From positions 1 through 57,341 of IMG/VR virus record IMGVR_UViG_3300020034_000017: 57,341 nt of DNA; one strand, 5' to 3'. The notes under the pieces are model-generated. The model saw only the letters and a program-made list of their open reading frames with translations, was not told the origin of the DNA and ran no database searches. This document shows positions 37,444 to 45,193 of the stretch, one piece after another (the first letter of the stretch is position 1; the number at the start of each line of letters is the position of its first letter). A program made the translations under genes and the position numbers. Origin of the DNA: a virus. Lineage: Duplodnaviria; Caudoviricetes.

Positions 37444-37889
37444 TGGAATACGAAAAGTACGTTCGTAAGGCGTTTCTCGTCGACGTTGTCGTAGTAACTC
37501 AGGAGAATATCTACGAGATCTCCAAACTTGTCGGTGAGCTGCGTGAGGAAAACGGCAAGCCGTACATCCAGGTGAACAACAACGTTGTCCCTGGGATCAA
37601 GCGTGTCCATATCGGCTACTACATGACTCGTATGGGTGATAACATCCGTTGCTACAACCCTCGGGTGTTCAAGAGTCAGTTCTGTCCGAACACGCCCGAG
37701 ATCGAGCAGTGGGTTGTCTACATCAAGGATGCAATCGTCAAGCAGGAAGTTGGTGCTTTCGGTCGAGTCACGGAGGTAGTGGAGACTCCTACCGAAGAGC
37801 TTCCGCAGCCTGAAATTCAGGAATCAACCGGAAACACGGACGTCAGCGATGATGTTCTGACTAATCCCGAGGAGGTGGCCAGTGGGTGA
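37443..37889 (+). CDS. Hypothetical protein (KYxRKP-VxAV-like small phage family) with acidic tail
   Basis: KYVRKAFLVDVV..GYYM..YNPRVFKSQF. Confidence 0.6.
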   Translation: MEYEKYVRKAFLVDVVVVTQENIYEISKLVGELREENGKPYIQVNNNVVPGIKRVHIGYYMTRMGDNIRCYNPRVFKSQFCPNTPEIEQWVVYIKDAIVKQEVGAFGRVTEVVETPTEELPQPEIQESTGNTDVSDDVLTNPEEVASG

Positions 37890-38070
37890 TACCTACAAAT
37901 GCGACTACGTGGGGACAGTCGACTTCGGCGATGGTCCGGTACAAGTTCGTTGCACTGAGACCGGTCCTCATGATGAACACAAGTGTGAGGTGATCCTAGG
38001 AGCAACAATCCCTCCTGAAGGTTTCGTCACGAAGAACGTGTTCGATGATGACGGTGATGCTGGTGGGTAA
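37882..38070 (+). CDS. Small Cys/His protein
   Basis: C..CTETGPHDEH; RBS GAGGAGG. Confidence 0.5.
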   Translation: MGDTYKCDYVGTVDFGDGPVQVRCTETGPHDEHKCEVILGATIPPEGFVTKNVFDDDGDAGG

Positions 38071-38383
38071 GGATGCATATATTCCCAATGACTACGTTCC
38101 AAAGCTGGGAAGCTGTCTCGAGGATCAAGGTGTTGTGGAGATCGTCGAGGCGGTAAAAAGGCGTCAGTCAAAGTTCCCGGACGAGCCACTTGAGCAGACT
38201 CTCCCGCTTATTCTCATGAACATCGGAGATAGGTATATTCCTCTTCGATGCGAACAGAAAGAGTGGCGAGGATACAAGAAGGATATTCTGGTTAAGCCAG
38301 GAGAAGACCCGACGTGTCCTAACGGTCATGCTCTCATCAAACAACGTGGTGTAGCACTAGGTTGGGTCATCGACAATCGATGA
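38057..38383 (+). CDS. Hypothetical protein
   Basis: ORF with CPNGH motif; start uncertain. Confidence 0.5.
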   Translation: MLVGKDAYIPNDYVPKLGSCLEDQGVVEIVEAVKRRQSKFPDEPLEQTLPLILMNIGDRYIPLRCEQKEWRGYKKDILVKPGEDPTCPNGHALIKQRGVALGWVIDNR

Positions 38384-38414
38384 TGGACGCGGAGACTGAT
38401 CCGAAAGGGCTAAG

Positions 38415-38648
38415 ATGGCCTACGAGGAATTGGTTATACCAGCCATTCAGAGAAAGGATGTGAAAGGCTTTGATCATCGGTTTCGGTCGTTTGCTACTAA
38501 AGAGGAACGCGACCGAACGTTGAAGATGATCCGAGAGAACGAAAGCGCAGTGTTAGCAGCAAATATGGAACCAGTTATGCTTCGGGTTATCGTCGAGACA
38601 GACGAGAACAACCAACTAACTTTGGATCTGAAACAGAAAGGAGGATGA
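38415..38648 (+). CDS. Hypothetical protein
   Basis: ORF in operon. Confidence 0.55.
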   Translation: MAYEELVIPAIQRKDVKGFDHRFRSFATKEERDRTLKMIRENESAVLAANMEPVMLRVIVETDENNQLTLDLKQKGG

Positions 38649-38649
38649 T

Positions 38650-38844
38650 ATGGACGAAAGCCCAATTCTTCGTTACTTTGTGTACGACCACCTACCAGAG
38701 AAACTTCAGGACGTGAGCAAGGCGTTTTCGATCTTGGCCCATGCAATCGAGGAGACTCTTCCGGTAGGGCCTGAGAAGTCGACGGCACTCAGAAAACTCT
38801 TGGAGGCAAAGGACGCAGCTGTTCGAGCAGCACTTGACGCCTAG
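38650..38844 (+). CDS. Small helical-hairpin protein (Acb2/Tad1-like candidate)
   Basis: ILRYF.YDHLP..LQ.VS..F..LA..LP.GPEKSTALRKLLEAKDAAVRA; RBS AAAGGAGG. Confidence 0.65.
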   Translation: MDESPILRYFVYDHLPEKLQDVSKAFSILAHAIEETLPVGPEKSTALRKLLEAKDAAVRAALDA

Positions 38845-38846
38845 CA

Positions 38847-38871
38847 CGCAGAAAAAACATGCAGTATAATG
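38847..38871 (+). promoter_or_regulatory. Candidate phage promoter, copy 7
   Basis: CGCA-GAAAA-AACA-TGCAG-TATAAT-G. Confidence 0.7.
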
Positions 38872-38953
38872 AGAAGGCGTCGATGTACTAACACGATAGT
38901 ACGTCACCAGACACCATCTCATCTTATTTTTGTCTCTCACGAAAGGGAGCCGA

Positions 38954-39331
38954 TTGGGAAAGAAGCGAAAGCACAGGCCCTTTGTTGGGGTTCACCACAA
39001 GCAGGTTTGGCTCAAGACACGAGGACACAACGTCGATATTCACGTTTACCCAGTCATGCAAATGCTCTGGGACGCAGGGATTCAGACGTTCTTTTCTTGT
39101 CAGGGTGGACCGGACAAGCTCTACCTCTACGGCGGGGGGAAGAAGATCAAGTCAGATCGAGCGATGGTCATCGTCTTGAAGAAAGATGTTGATCGGGTCT
39201 GCGATATCTTGGCGCATCTGAACCCGACCGTTGAGAAGTGGGACAACCGGTACCGACGAGATCATGCAGCAATCAAGTTCGACCCGTCCCAAGAGGCACA
39301 AGCAGCAAGAGTCACAGTTCAAGGAGAGTAA
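38954..39331 (+). CDS. Hypothetical basic protein
   Basis: RBS GAAAGGGAG before TTG; LWDAGIQTFFSCQG motif. Confidence 0.6.
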   Translation: MGKKRKHRPFVGVHHKQVWLKTRGHNVDIHVYPVMQMLWDAGIQTFFSCQGGPDKLYLYGGGKKIKSDRAMVIVLKKDVDRVCDILAHLNPTVEKWDNRYRRDHAAIKFDPSQEAQAARVTVQGE

Positions 39332-39334
39332 AGA

Positions 39335-39950
39335 CCTGGTGAAGGACACACCAAAAGACGGCTGTGCATGGTCGTAGTGAAAAAACCGCTTCGTGGACGC
39401 TTTTGCCGGTAGCCTTCGGGAGCCGGGTTGCGACAGAGCTACCGAACAACACTCAGTTTGGGATGCAATTGCTCGGCTGGAGAGCTCGAGCAGCGAAGGA
39501 CGTGGAGGAGAGCAAAATGTATTCATGTGGGCGCCCTGCGTTAAGTATCGGAAAGACCGAGGCGTTTACGTTTTACTCTTCTCCGCAATCTCTCAGTGGG
39601 GACACCATAATGTACTGACGTCGGGGGAAGTACATTATGCTGATGAGGCTTCGGCGCTTTGAGGACGAAGGTTCCTTAGACCTTATCCTTGGCGACGATC
39701 CAAATCTAACCCACTGTTCTTAGTATGGTCCGTGCTGGTCTACGGCATTCGGATAAGGAGACACCACGGGGAGTGGTTCTCTGAAGAGGGAATGATTAAA
39801 CCCGCCATACTGAGCTCTAGGGTGCTAAGAATTGGGAATGCAACCGTTTCGTCGGGTTACGGTTAGTACCAAGAGTCTTACTGTCTGCGCAGGATTACTT
39901 GACGGTCATCCTAGTCAGGCCACCCTAGTTCCTACCCACAGCTTCTCATA
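39335..39950 (+). ncRNA. Candidate large structured non-coding RNA (about 585-615 nt)
   Basis: No RBS-led ORF in an otherwise gene-dense genome; about 10 helices found by eye including nested long-range pairs; UUCG loops. Confidence 0.65.
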
Positions 39951-39962
39951 TTTGGAGGACTA

Positions 39963-40304
39963 ATGAATTTGCAAGAAGCTAAGACCCTACTCGACGGATG
40001 CGAACGCCTTGAGCTTCGCGACCACGCCTTTGGTGACAAGGAGGTTACATGGAAGAAAGACGGGATCGTCATCGCGATCGGATACGCCGGCAGTGCTGCG
40101 GCCTCTGTGACTATTACGGTCGACCCTACCGCGTCATTTGGAAACGACGACGCTCGCTCACTAATGTCTTGTGGCACACCGGGTTCAGTTGGTCGAAACG
40201 ACGAGACCGGACCGGAACAGTTCGTCGAGGGCCAAACCATGCCAGGCCTAACTCTTGAGGGAGTTCGTCAAGAATTGATTGACGAAAGGGTTTGGCTCAA
40301 ATAA
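39963..40304 (+). CDS. Hypothetical protein
   Basis: RBS TTGGAGGA. Confidence 0.65.
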   Translation: MNLQEAKTLLDGCERLELRDHAFGDKEVTWKKDGIVIAIGYAGSAAASVTITVDPTASFGNDDARSLMSCGTPGSVGRNDETGPEQFVEGQTMPGLTLEGVRQELIDERVWLK

Positions 40305-40402
40305 TCTAAGTGGGGTCGGTTTGCCATGTAATGGCCCGACTTAAACGACCATCTGGTGCCCACTATTTCTACAATCCGACCATATTCAAAGGAGACAATT
40401 CT

Positions 40403-40717
40403 GTGTTGGGTTTAACGCAAGAAGAAACCGCACTCTTGATGGAAAACGGATATACTCCTGGATACATGATGGACGTCCAGGAGGGGGATCTAGTAGCTAT
40501 CGCGCCAGCCATGAGGACTAGCTTTGATGGCAAGCCAAATCCTGTCAAGACATTGGTCGTTAAGCGCATTATGAACAACGATGCGTCGTACTACAATCCG
40601 GACAAGGACGAAGTGGTTCCCCACCGGGTAATCAACTTCATCGGGTTCAACCTTGACAATCTGCCGGAACATTGCAGTTACGGCCACACATATCCGTGTT
40701 TCTACAAAAGAGAATAG
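40403..40717 (+). CDS. Hypothetical protein
   Basis: RBS AAAGGAG before GTG. Confidence 0.6.
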   Translation: MLGLTQEETALLMENGYTPGYMMDVQEGDLVAIAPAMRTSFDGKPNPVKTLVVKRIMNNDASYYNPDKDEVVPHRVINFIGFNLDNLPEHCSYGHTYPCFYKRE

Positions 40718-40744
40718 GTAAGTAAGATGACCGACGACAAGGTC

Positions 40745-41128
40745 CAGCTCGCCGACGGCATCGAGAACGGGACGCTGAACTACTAGCAGTGCCGAGTGGG
40801 AGATAAAGACGGAAAACGAAGCAGACCAAACTCTGAAATAGGAGACCGCTTGTGGATACAGATCGGCTGACGCAACTAAGTCAGGTAGCCCACTACATTC
40901 TAAAGCTGCACGTTATCAGCGGCGATAGACGGCGATGATATCCTAACAGTGACGCCCATCAGCTTATCGATACTGCCCCACTCAACGATGGGTAAGTCGG
41001 TAGGAACCACTGGTGAGAAAACGAGCTGAGCAGATGGAGCCGCATTACTAAGTGTAGACATTGTATGCAGTGTGGTGTGGGTGCCGGCGCGTCTACCTCG
41101 GCAGATAACGAACCCACAATACCACACT
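40745..41128 (+). ncRNA. Candidate second structured non-coding RNA (about 385 nt)
   Basis: Nested long-range helices CAGCTCG/CGAGCTG, CCGAC/GTCGG, CATCG/CGATG, GAGTGGG/CCCACTC, plus a 3' hairpin. Confidence 0.55.
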
Positions 41129-41160
41129 CATATTCCAAAACTCACTCAAAGGAGTTGTTG

Positions 41161-41376
41161 ATGCCCGCTAAGAAGTTCATGCTCTTCGAAGACAATGAAG
41201 ATGGCACCACCACCTTGACCATTAACATGGCCGGTGAAGAGGAACTGACTTTTGTCATTCCTTTTGGTCTCGAAGAATTTGGGAACATGATTCCCCAGTC
41301 CACGATGGACGAAACAGCGGCCTTGACCATTGCGAATGTGATCCCAATCCCGAACGATGTAACCGGCGGCTTCTGA
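41161..41376 (+). CDS. Small acidic protein
   Basis: RBS AAAGGAG. Confidence 0.6.
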   Translation: MPAKKFMLFEDNEDGTTTLTINMAGEEELTFVIPFGLEEFGNMIPQSTMDETAALTIANVIPIPNDVTGGF

Positions 41377-41386
41377 AAGGAGGACC

Positions 41387-41962
41387 GTGTACACCTTTCC
41401 AAGCGAAGAGATCATCAAAACGTGTCATGACGCGACTCCAAACGACATGTATCCAAACAAGCATCCGTGGATTGTCGTGTTGGAGGAGTACCTGAGCGAG
41501 CAGATCTGTGACGAGATCATTGCCCGAGGTATTACTGAGGAGGCATATCGGTTCCCACAGTGCAACGCCGCGACCAGAGAACTCGAGATGCGAGCTCATC
41601 ATGAGCTGAAGCCGATTGCCGAAGTCATCGCCGATGTGAACCGGATGTTCTGGCAGTACAAGCTGGGGAATAACTGGACCGCTTGGATGCAGACATATCG
41701 TGAGAACGACAGCTACGAACCACACTTGGATGGATCAATCGGGCAGACACGAAAGCTGACCGCGATCGCGTTGCTCACTGATTCGAGCTACTACGTCGGC
41801 GGTGATCTGCTGTTCTATATCCATCCACACACCTTTCACGCTCCTCGACTCAGAGGGACCGTCATCGTGTTTCCTCACTGGGTGATCCATGAGGTAAAGG
41901 AAGTAAAAGCAGGCAATCGACAGACGATCAACCTTGGCGTCTGGGGTCCACCTTTCCAATAG
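41387..41962 (+). CDS. 2OG-Fe(II) oxygenase (prolyl-hydroxylase-like)
   Basis: YEPHLDG (HxD), RKLT, GGDL, GTVIVFP, HEVKEVKAGNR. Confidence 0.85.
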   Translation: MYTFPSEEIIKTCHDATPNDMYPNKHPWIVVLEEYLSEQICDEIIARGITEEAYRFPQCNAATRELEMRAHHELKPIAEVIADVNRMFWQYKLGNNWTAWMQTYRENDSYEPHLDGSIGQTRKLTAIALLTDSSYYVGGDLLFYIHPHTFHAPRLRGTVIVFPHWVIHEVKEVKAGNRQTINLGVWGPPFQ

Positions 41963-41972
41963 GAGGAGTTAG

Positions 41973-42737
41973 ATGATCATAAAAATGGGGTTATTCGATC
42001 TGATAGATCCTCCTCCTGGTCAAGCTGATAAGGTGATCGCGGCGTACCACGCTTGCTCATATCCTTGGCAGAGACTGATCCCGAGGTTGAGAAGTGATCC
42101 GCAAGGGCGGGTTCTGGTCAAGTGGCTGAACACTGGCCAAACCGTTTCTGGTTTGTGGATCTCCGGTACCAACGAGATTCATCTCTCGAATCTGAGCTAC
42201 CACATGCCGTATGACGTCGGTTTTGTTTTCTTGCACGAGGTCGGCCATCTTATCGATTCGGCAACGCTGAACGATGCGGAGAAAGCGGAGCTCATTTCCT
42301 TGATGCACACAATGGCACCTCAGATCGGGCACATCAACCACGATCATCCAGATGCTGGACACACCAGCGAGATCTGGAACAACTCCTCAGAACCATACAT
42401 GGCTCGCATCAAGGAGGCATTTGCGGATCTGTTTGTAGCGACCTTCGCACCAACGGTCTACAATGGCACAAGCGGTGGCCCAGCCTCAGAAGAACATTTC
42501 TTCAGGTTCGTCCACTGGGTACAGAATTTAGATTTCGTTCGACAGATAGTCCTTCAAAGGAGGATCCAAGTGTTTTCAGACGTACCTGCCACACACACGC
42601 ATGTTGAAGGTATCGAGTGGGCAGCCGGTCAGGGAATCGTTTCGGGTTATCCGGACGGTACCTTCAAGCCGAACGACCCGGTGAGCCGAGGCGCATTCGC
42701 AACCATGCTCAAGCGATACGACGATCTGCAACCCTAA
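41973..42737 (+). CDS. HExxH zinc-peptidase-like domain fused to a C-terminal SLH domain
   Basis: FLHEVGH..EAFADLF; FSDVP..H..GIEWAAGQGIVSGYPDGTFKPNDPVSRGAFATML. Confidence 0.8.
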   Translation: MIIKMGLFDLIDPPPGQADKVIAAYHACSYPWQRLIPRLRSDPQGRVLVKWLNTGQTVSGLWISGTNEIHLSNLSYHMPYDVGFVFLHEVGHLIDSATLNDAEKAELISLMHTMAPQIGHINHDHPDAGHTSEIWNNSSEPYMARIKEAFADLFVATFAPTVYNGTSGGPASEEHFFRFVHWVQNLDFVRQIVLQRRIQVFSDVPATHTHVEGIEWAAGQGIVSGYPDGTFKPNDPVSRGAFATMLKRYDDLQP

Positions 42738-42755
42738 TCGAATAAGGAGATTTTG

Positions 42756-42980
42756 ATGATTGATAATGAAGAACTCCAGTTCCGTAAGGACGCCCTTGCG
42801 GAAGCTCAGAAGATCGTAGACCCGGTTGTCGCCAAGTTCCCGCCAGAGGAATACCGAGTGACTCATTCCCCGGCAGTTGTCTTCTCTGTGCCGGCTGGTT
42901 CGACGGTTACGCCTGTCGAGACGGTGCTGCGCCTGTACATGGATATTGGCGAATGGCTTCTGAAGGAGCACAAGGACTGA
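42756..42980 (+). CDS. Hypothetical protein
   Basis: RBS AAGGAG. Confidence 0.55.
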   Translation: MIDNEELQFRKDALAEAQKIVDPVVAKFPPEEYRVTHSPAVVFSVPAGSTVTPVETVLRLYMDIGEWLLKEHKD

Positions 42981-43141
42981 TGCCGATCATCCTCGCCATT
43001 GCTGTTGTGTTCTTTCTTATCTGCTTGTTTACTGGTGTACTCAGGCGGAACAAGTTCTACGACCTAGCTGTCGTTGTGTGGATCGGCTTTGCAGCATGGG
43101 CGATGTACATGTCGTACCTTCTGTCGCAATACCATTCGTAG
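42980..43141 (+). CDS. Small two-TM protein
   Basis: TGATG coupling; two hydrophobic segments. Confidence 0.55.
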   Translation: MPIILAIAVVFFLICLFTGVLRRNKFYDLAVVVWIGFAAWAMYMSYLLSQYHS

Positions 43142-43177
43142 ACGCCCACCCACCACCCCATTTCAAAGGAGATAATT

Positions 43178-43471
43178 GTGGTAGATTTGTTCAACGAGAA
43201 CTCTCTCCGAGCAGACATTTCAAAAACGTGGGGAGAGCATGGGGCTCATATCGACGTGTTTGATATGATGCTCAAGAAGATGAAGGAAGTTCCAGCTCTC
43301 ATCGAAATTGATGTCCAGCCAATGACAACCGAAGAACCAGCTCGATGGTCTGTGAAGATCAACTCGAAGGAGCGCAGCGGATTTCCTGACGAAGAGTTTC
43401 CCGATCTTCCGACTTGGGCCGATGCTTTGGAGGCTGTTGCTGACTGGATGCGAAAGGAAGTAAAGTTCTGA
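43178..43471 (+). CDS. Hypothetical protein
   Basis: RBS AAAGGAG before GTG. Confidence 0.6.
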   Translation: MVDLFNENSLRADISKTWGEHGAHIDVFDMMLKKMKEVPALIEIDVQPMTTEEPARWSVKINSKERSGFPDEEFPDLPTWADALEAVADWMRKEVKF

Positions 43472-43704
43472 TGACAGACATGCTTCTGGAAACTCCAACA
43501 CCTCTTCTGGACGACACACCACAGGATCCAGAGGATTGCAAGCATCTCGTCGATCAGCACAAAAACCAGTGCAACGTGACAGAAGCACGGGTCCTGGGTA
43601 TCGAGGTGGTTGCTTTGTGTGGCTACAAATGGATTCCCAGCAAGGATCCAGAGCCGCTGCCGATGTGCCAAGCGTGCAGCAAGATCTTGGCGGCGATGCC
43701 CTGA
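43471..43704 (+). CDS. DUF3039-like actinobacterial Zn-binding protein
   Basis: HLV..VTEARVLG.EVVALCGYKWIPSKDP..LPMCQAC. Confidence 0.75.
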   Translation: MTDMLLETPTPLLDDTPQDPEDCKHLVDQHKNQCNVTEARVLGIEVVALCGYKWIPSKDPEPLPMCQACSKILAAMP

Positions 43705-43910
43705 TGGTGATTGTGCGAAACACCATATTGGTACTTTCTGTGGCAATCTTGTTTGTTGTTTTCACTTGGCGAATGGCTATTACACTAAGAGATGACCGTC
43801 AAGAACGTCAAACGACTGAGAAGGAGCTGGTCGACGGTGAAGAATGCATGGTCGTTCGCGACTATGCCAAAAGAATTCAAGCAATAGACTGCAACTGGGG
43901 GAATGGTTAA
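43704..43910 (+). CDS. Small single-TM protein
   Basis: TGATG coupling; N-terminal TM. Confidence 0.55.
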   Translation: MVIVRNTILVLSVAILFVVFTWRMAITLRDDRQERQTTEKELVDGEECMVVRDYAKRIQAIDCNWGNG

Positions 43911-44077
43911 TGGGCGCTTGCGAATACGACCACTACCATGGGGACAAGCTCAGCCAGCGTAACATCGAAGTTCGAGAAGAGGATGGATGGAAGTTGCTGA
44001 GCCATGTTGTGACGACTGGCGATGTTCACAACTACACGTTCAAGCGAATGAAGGAGGAGAATGCTGTTTCTCAATGA
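43910..44077 (+). CDS. Small protein (DUF4177-like GW motif)
   Basis: EDGWKL..YTFKR. Confidence 0.5.
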   Translation: MGACEYDHYHGDKLSQRNIEVREEDGWKLLSHVVTTGDVHNYTFKRMKEENAVSQ

Positions 44078-44315
44078 TGAACGCGACATCGAGTACGAAT
44101 TTCACCTCCTCGATGGGCGACTTGAACGGGGTCATATCCACTTCGGTCGCCTGTATGATGGGTCTGGAATCGCCGGAACCACGTACAAAATGGACGGAAC
44201 TCCAATGGTAGTGGCTCTGGCTTCTGCAGGTAGAAACGCGTTCGAGCGATCACAAATCGAGCCAAGAATCTTCATGCCTTGGTCTTCCATCATGTCGTAC
44301 AAGAAACTCGACTGA
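44061..44315 (+). CDS. Hypothetical protein
   Basis: RBS AAGGAGGAG. Confidence 0.6.
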   Translation: MLFLNDERDIEYEFHLLDGRLERGHIHFGRLYDGSGIAGTTYKMDGTPMVVALASAGRNAFERSQIEPRIFMPWSSIMSYKKLD

Positions 44316-44321
44316 GCCTTC

Positions 44322-44398
44322 GCCTCTGTAGCTCAGTTGGTTAGAGCAGCGGCCTTTTAAGCCGATGGTCGAAGGTTCGAATCCTTCCAGGGGCACCA
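44322..44398 (+). tRNA. tRNA-Lys(UUU)
   Basis: Acceptor GCCTCTG/CAGGGGC, D arm GCTC/GAGC, anticodon loop CTTTTAA, GGTTCGAATCC T arm, encoded CCA. Confidence 0.93.
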
Positions 44399-44424
44399 TA
44401 TTCGACTACCTATTTGGAGGAGCA

Positions 44425-44751
44425 ATGGAAATCGAAGTTCAATACGACGAGACTAGTACCAGCTGGAACCCAAGCGGATCGTACAACCACATGTTCTTGC
44501 TGGCACAGCAGAACTACTTCAACCAAAGGCTCCAGAGCTTCGGTTTTGTGATCCTTAACGAAGTATATGAGGCTCTTGGTATTCCTCGTACGACGCAAGG
44601 ATGCATCACCGGTTGGGTCTTGCTTCACGACGACCATATTGACTTCGGTTTGGATCAGGTGGAGAACTGGTGCGCCGCGACACTGCGTCTGAACGTCAAG
44701 GGGATCATGTTCGGATACATCGACATGATCAACCGGGCGGTGACATCATGA
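44425..44751 (+). CDS. Stand-alone DUF6353-like C-terminal domain
   Basis: QQNYFNQRLQSFGFVILNEVYEALGIPRT..GW aligns with the C-terminus of 29817..30698. Confidence 0.7.
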   Translation: MEIEVQYDETSTSWNPSGSYNHMFLLAQQNYFNQRLQSFGFVILNEVYEALGIPRTTQGCITGWVLLHDDHIDFGLDQVENWCAATLRLNVKGIMFGYIDMINRAVTS

Positions 44752-44990
44752 GCACATATCTACGGATGTGGGAGCTCATCAAGACGTCATCCGTAAAAGA
44801 ACGCGACGACTTTCTCAGAGAACATCCTCGTGCCGAGGGTAAAGACATAGAGTTCCAGGGTCAAACTTTCTTCGACGTTGATCTGCTAGAGGCTATCCGA
44901 AGCTCGCTAAAGACCAGTGATATCGTTTGCGAGAATCCGGAGTGTCCTGACGTTGGCAGATGCGGCGGCGAATGTGCACGGAAATTCTAA
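44748..44990 (+). CDS. Hypothetical protein with Cys-rich tail
   Basis: ATGA overlap. Confidence 0.55.
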   Translation: MSTYLRMWELIKTSSVKERDDFLREHPRAEGKDIEFQGQTFFDVDLLEAIRSSLKTSDIVCENPECPDVGRCGGECARKF

Positions 44991-44993
44991 TCA

Positions 44994-45063
44994 GGGGAGG
45001 CTTATCCTCATAGACGAGCTCGGCCGAAGCCGAGGCTGGTGAAATAATCCGGCAAGCCCACCA
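44994..45063 (+). ncRNA. tRNA-like cloverleaf element
   Basis: GGCTT/AAGCC closing stem, three arms, ends in ACCA; lacks canonical anticodon and T loops. Confidence 0.4.
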
Positions 45064-45077
45064 CAAGGAGTACCGTA

Positions 45078-45191
45078 ATGTTCGTAATCGAGATGGAGGT
45101 AGAGAAATCCACGCTTAGTAAGAGTGCTGTGATCATTTTCATCGCTCTAACCGAGTACCTTCTCATCCGCAAGATCAAGAGCTTGGAGTAG
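45078..45191 (+). CDS. Small hydrophobic peptide (37 aa)
   Basis: RBS AAGGAG. Confidence 0.5.
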   Translation: MFVIEMEVEKSTLSKSAVIIFIALTEYLLIRKIKSLE

Positions 45192-45193
45192 AC

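Noticed and set aside
39640-39670. CTGATGA followed by a UUCG hairpin, resembling a hammerhead ribozyme core
   Set aside because: The required GAAA after stem II and a suitable stem III/NUH site are not present.
40728-40787. Short ORF MTDDKVQLADGIENGTLNY as a tmRNA tag or leader peptide
   Set aside because: No tRNA-like tmRNA ends, no Ala-rich degron and a weak RBS; it overlaps the paired region.
41037-41076. GAGCCGCAT.. resembling group II intron domain V
   Set aside because: Hairpin length and loop do not fit the ~34-nt DV, and no GUGYG 5' end, RT ORF or interrupted gene was found.
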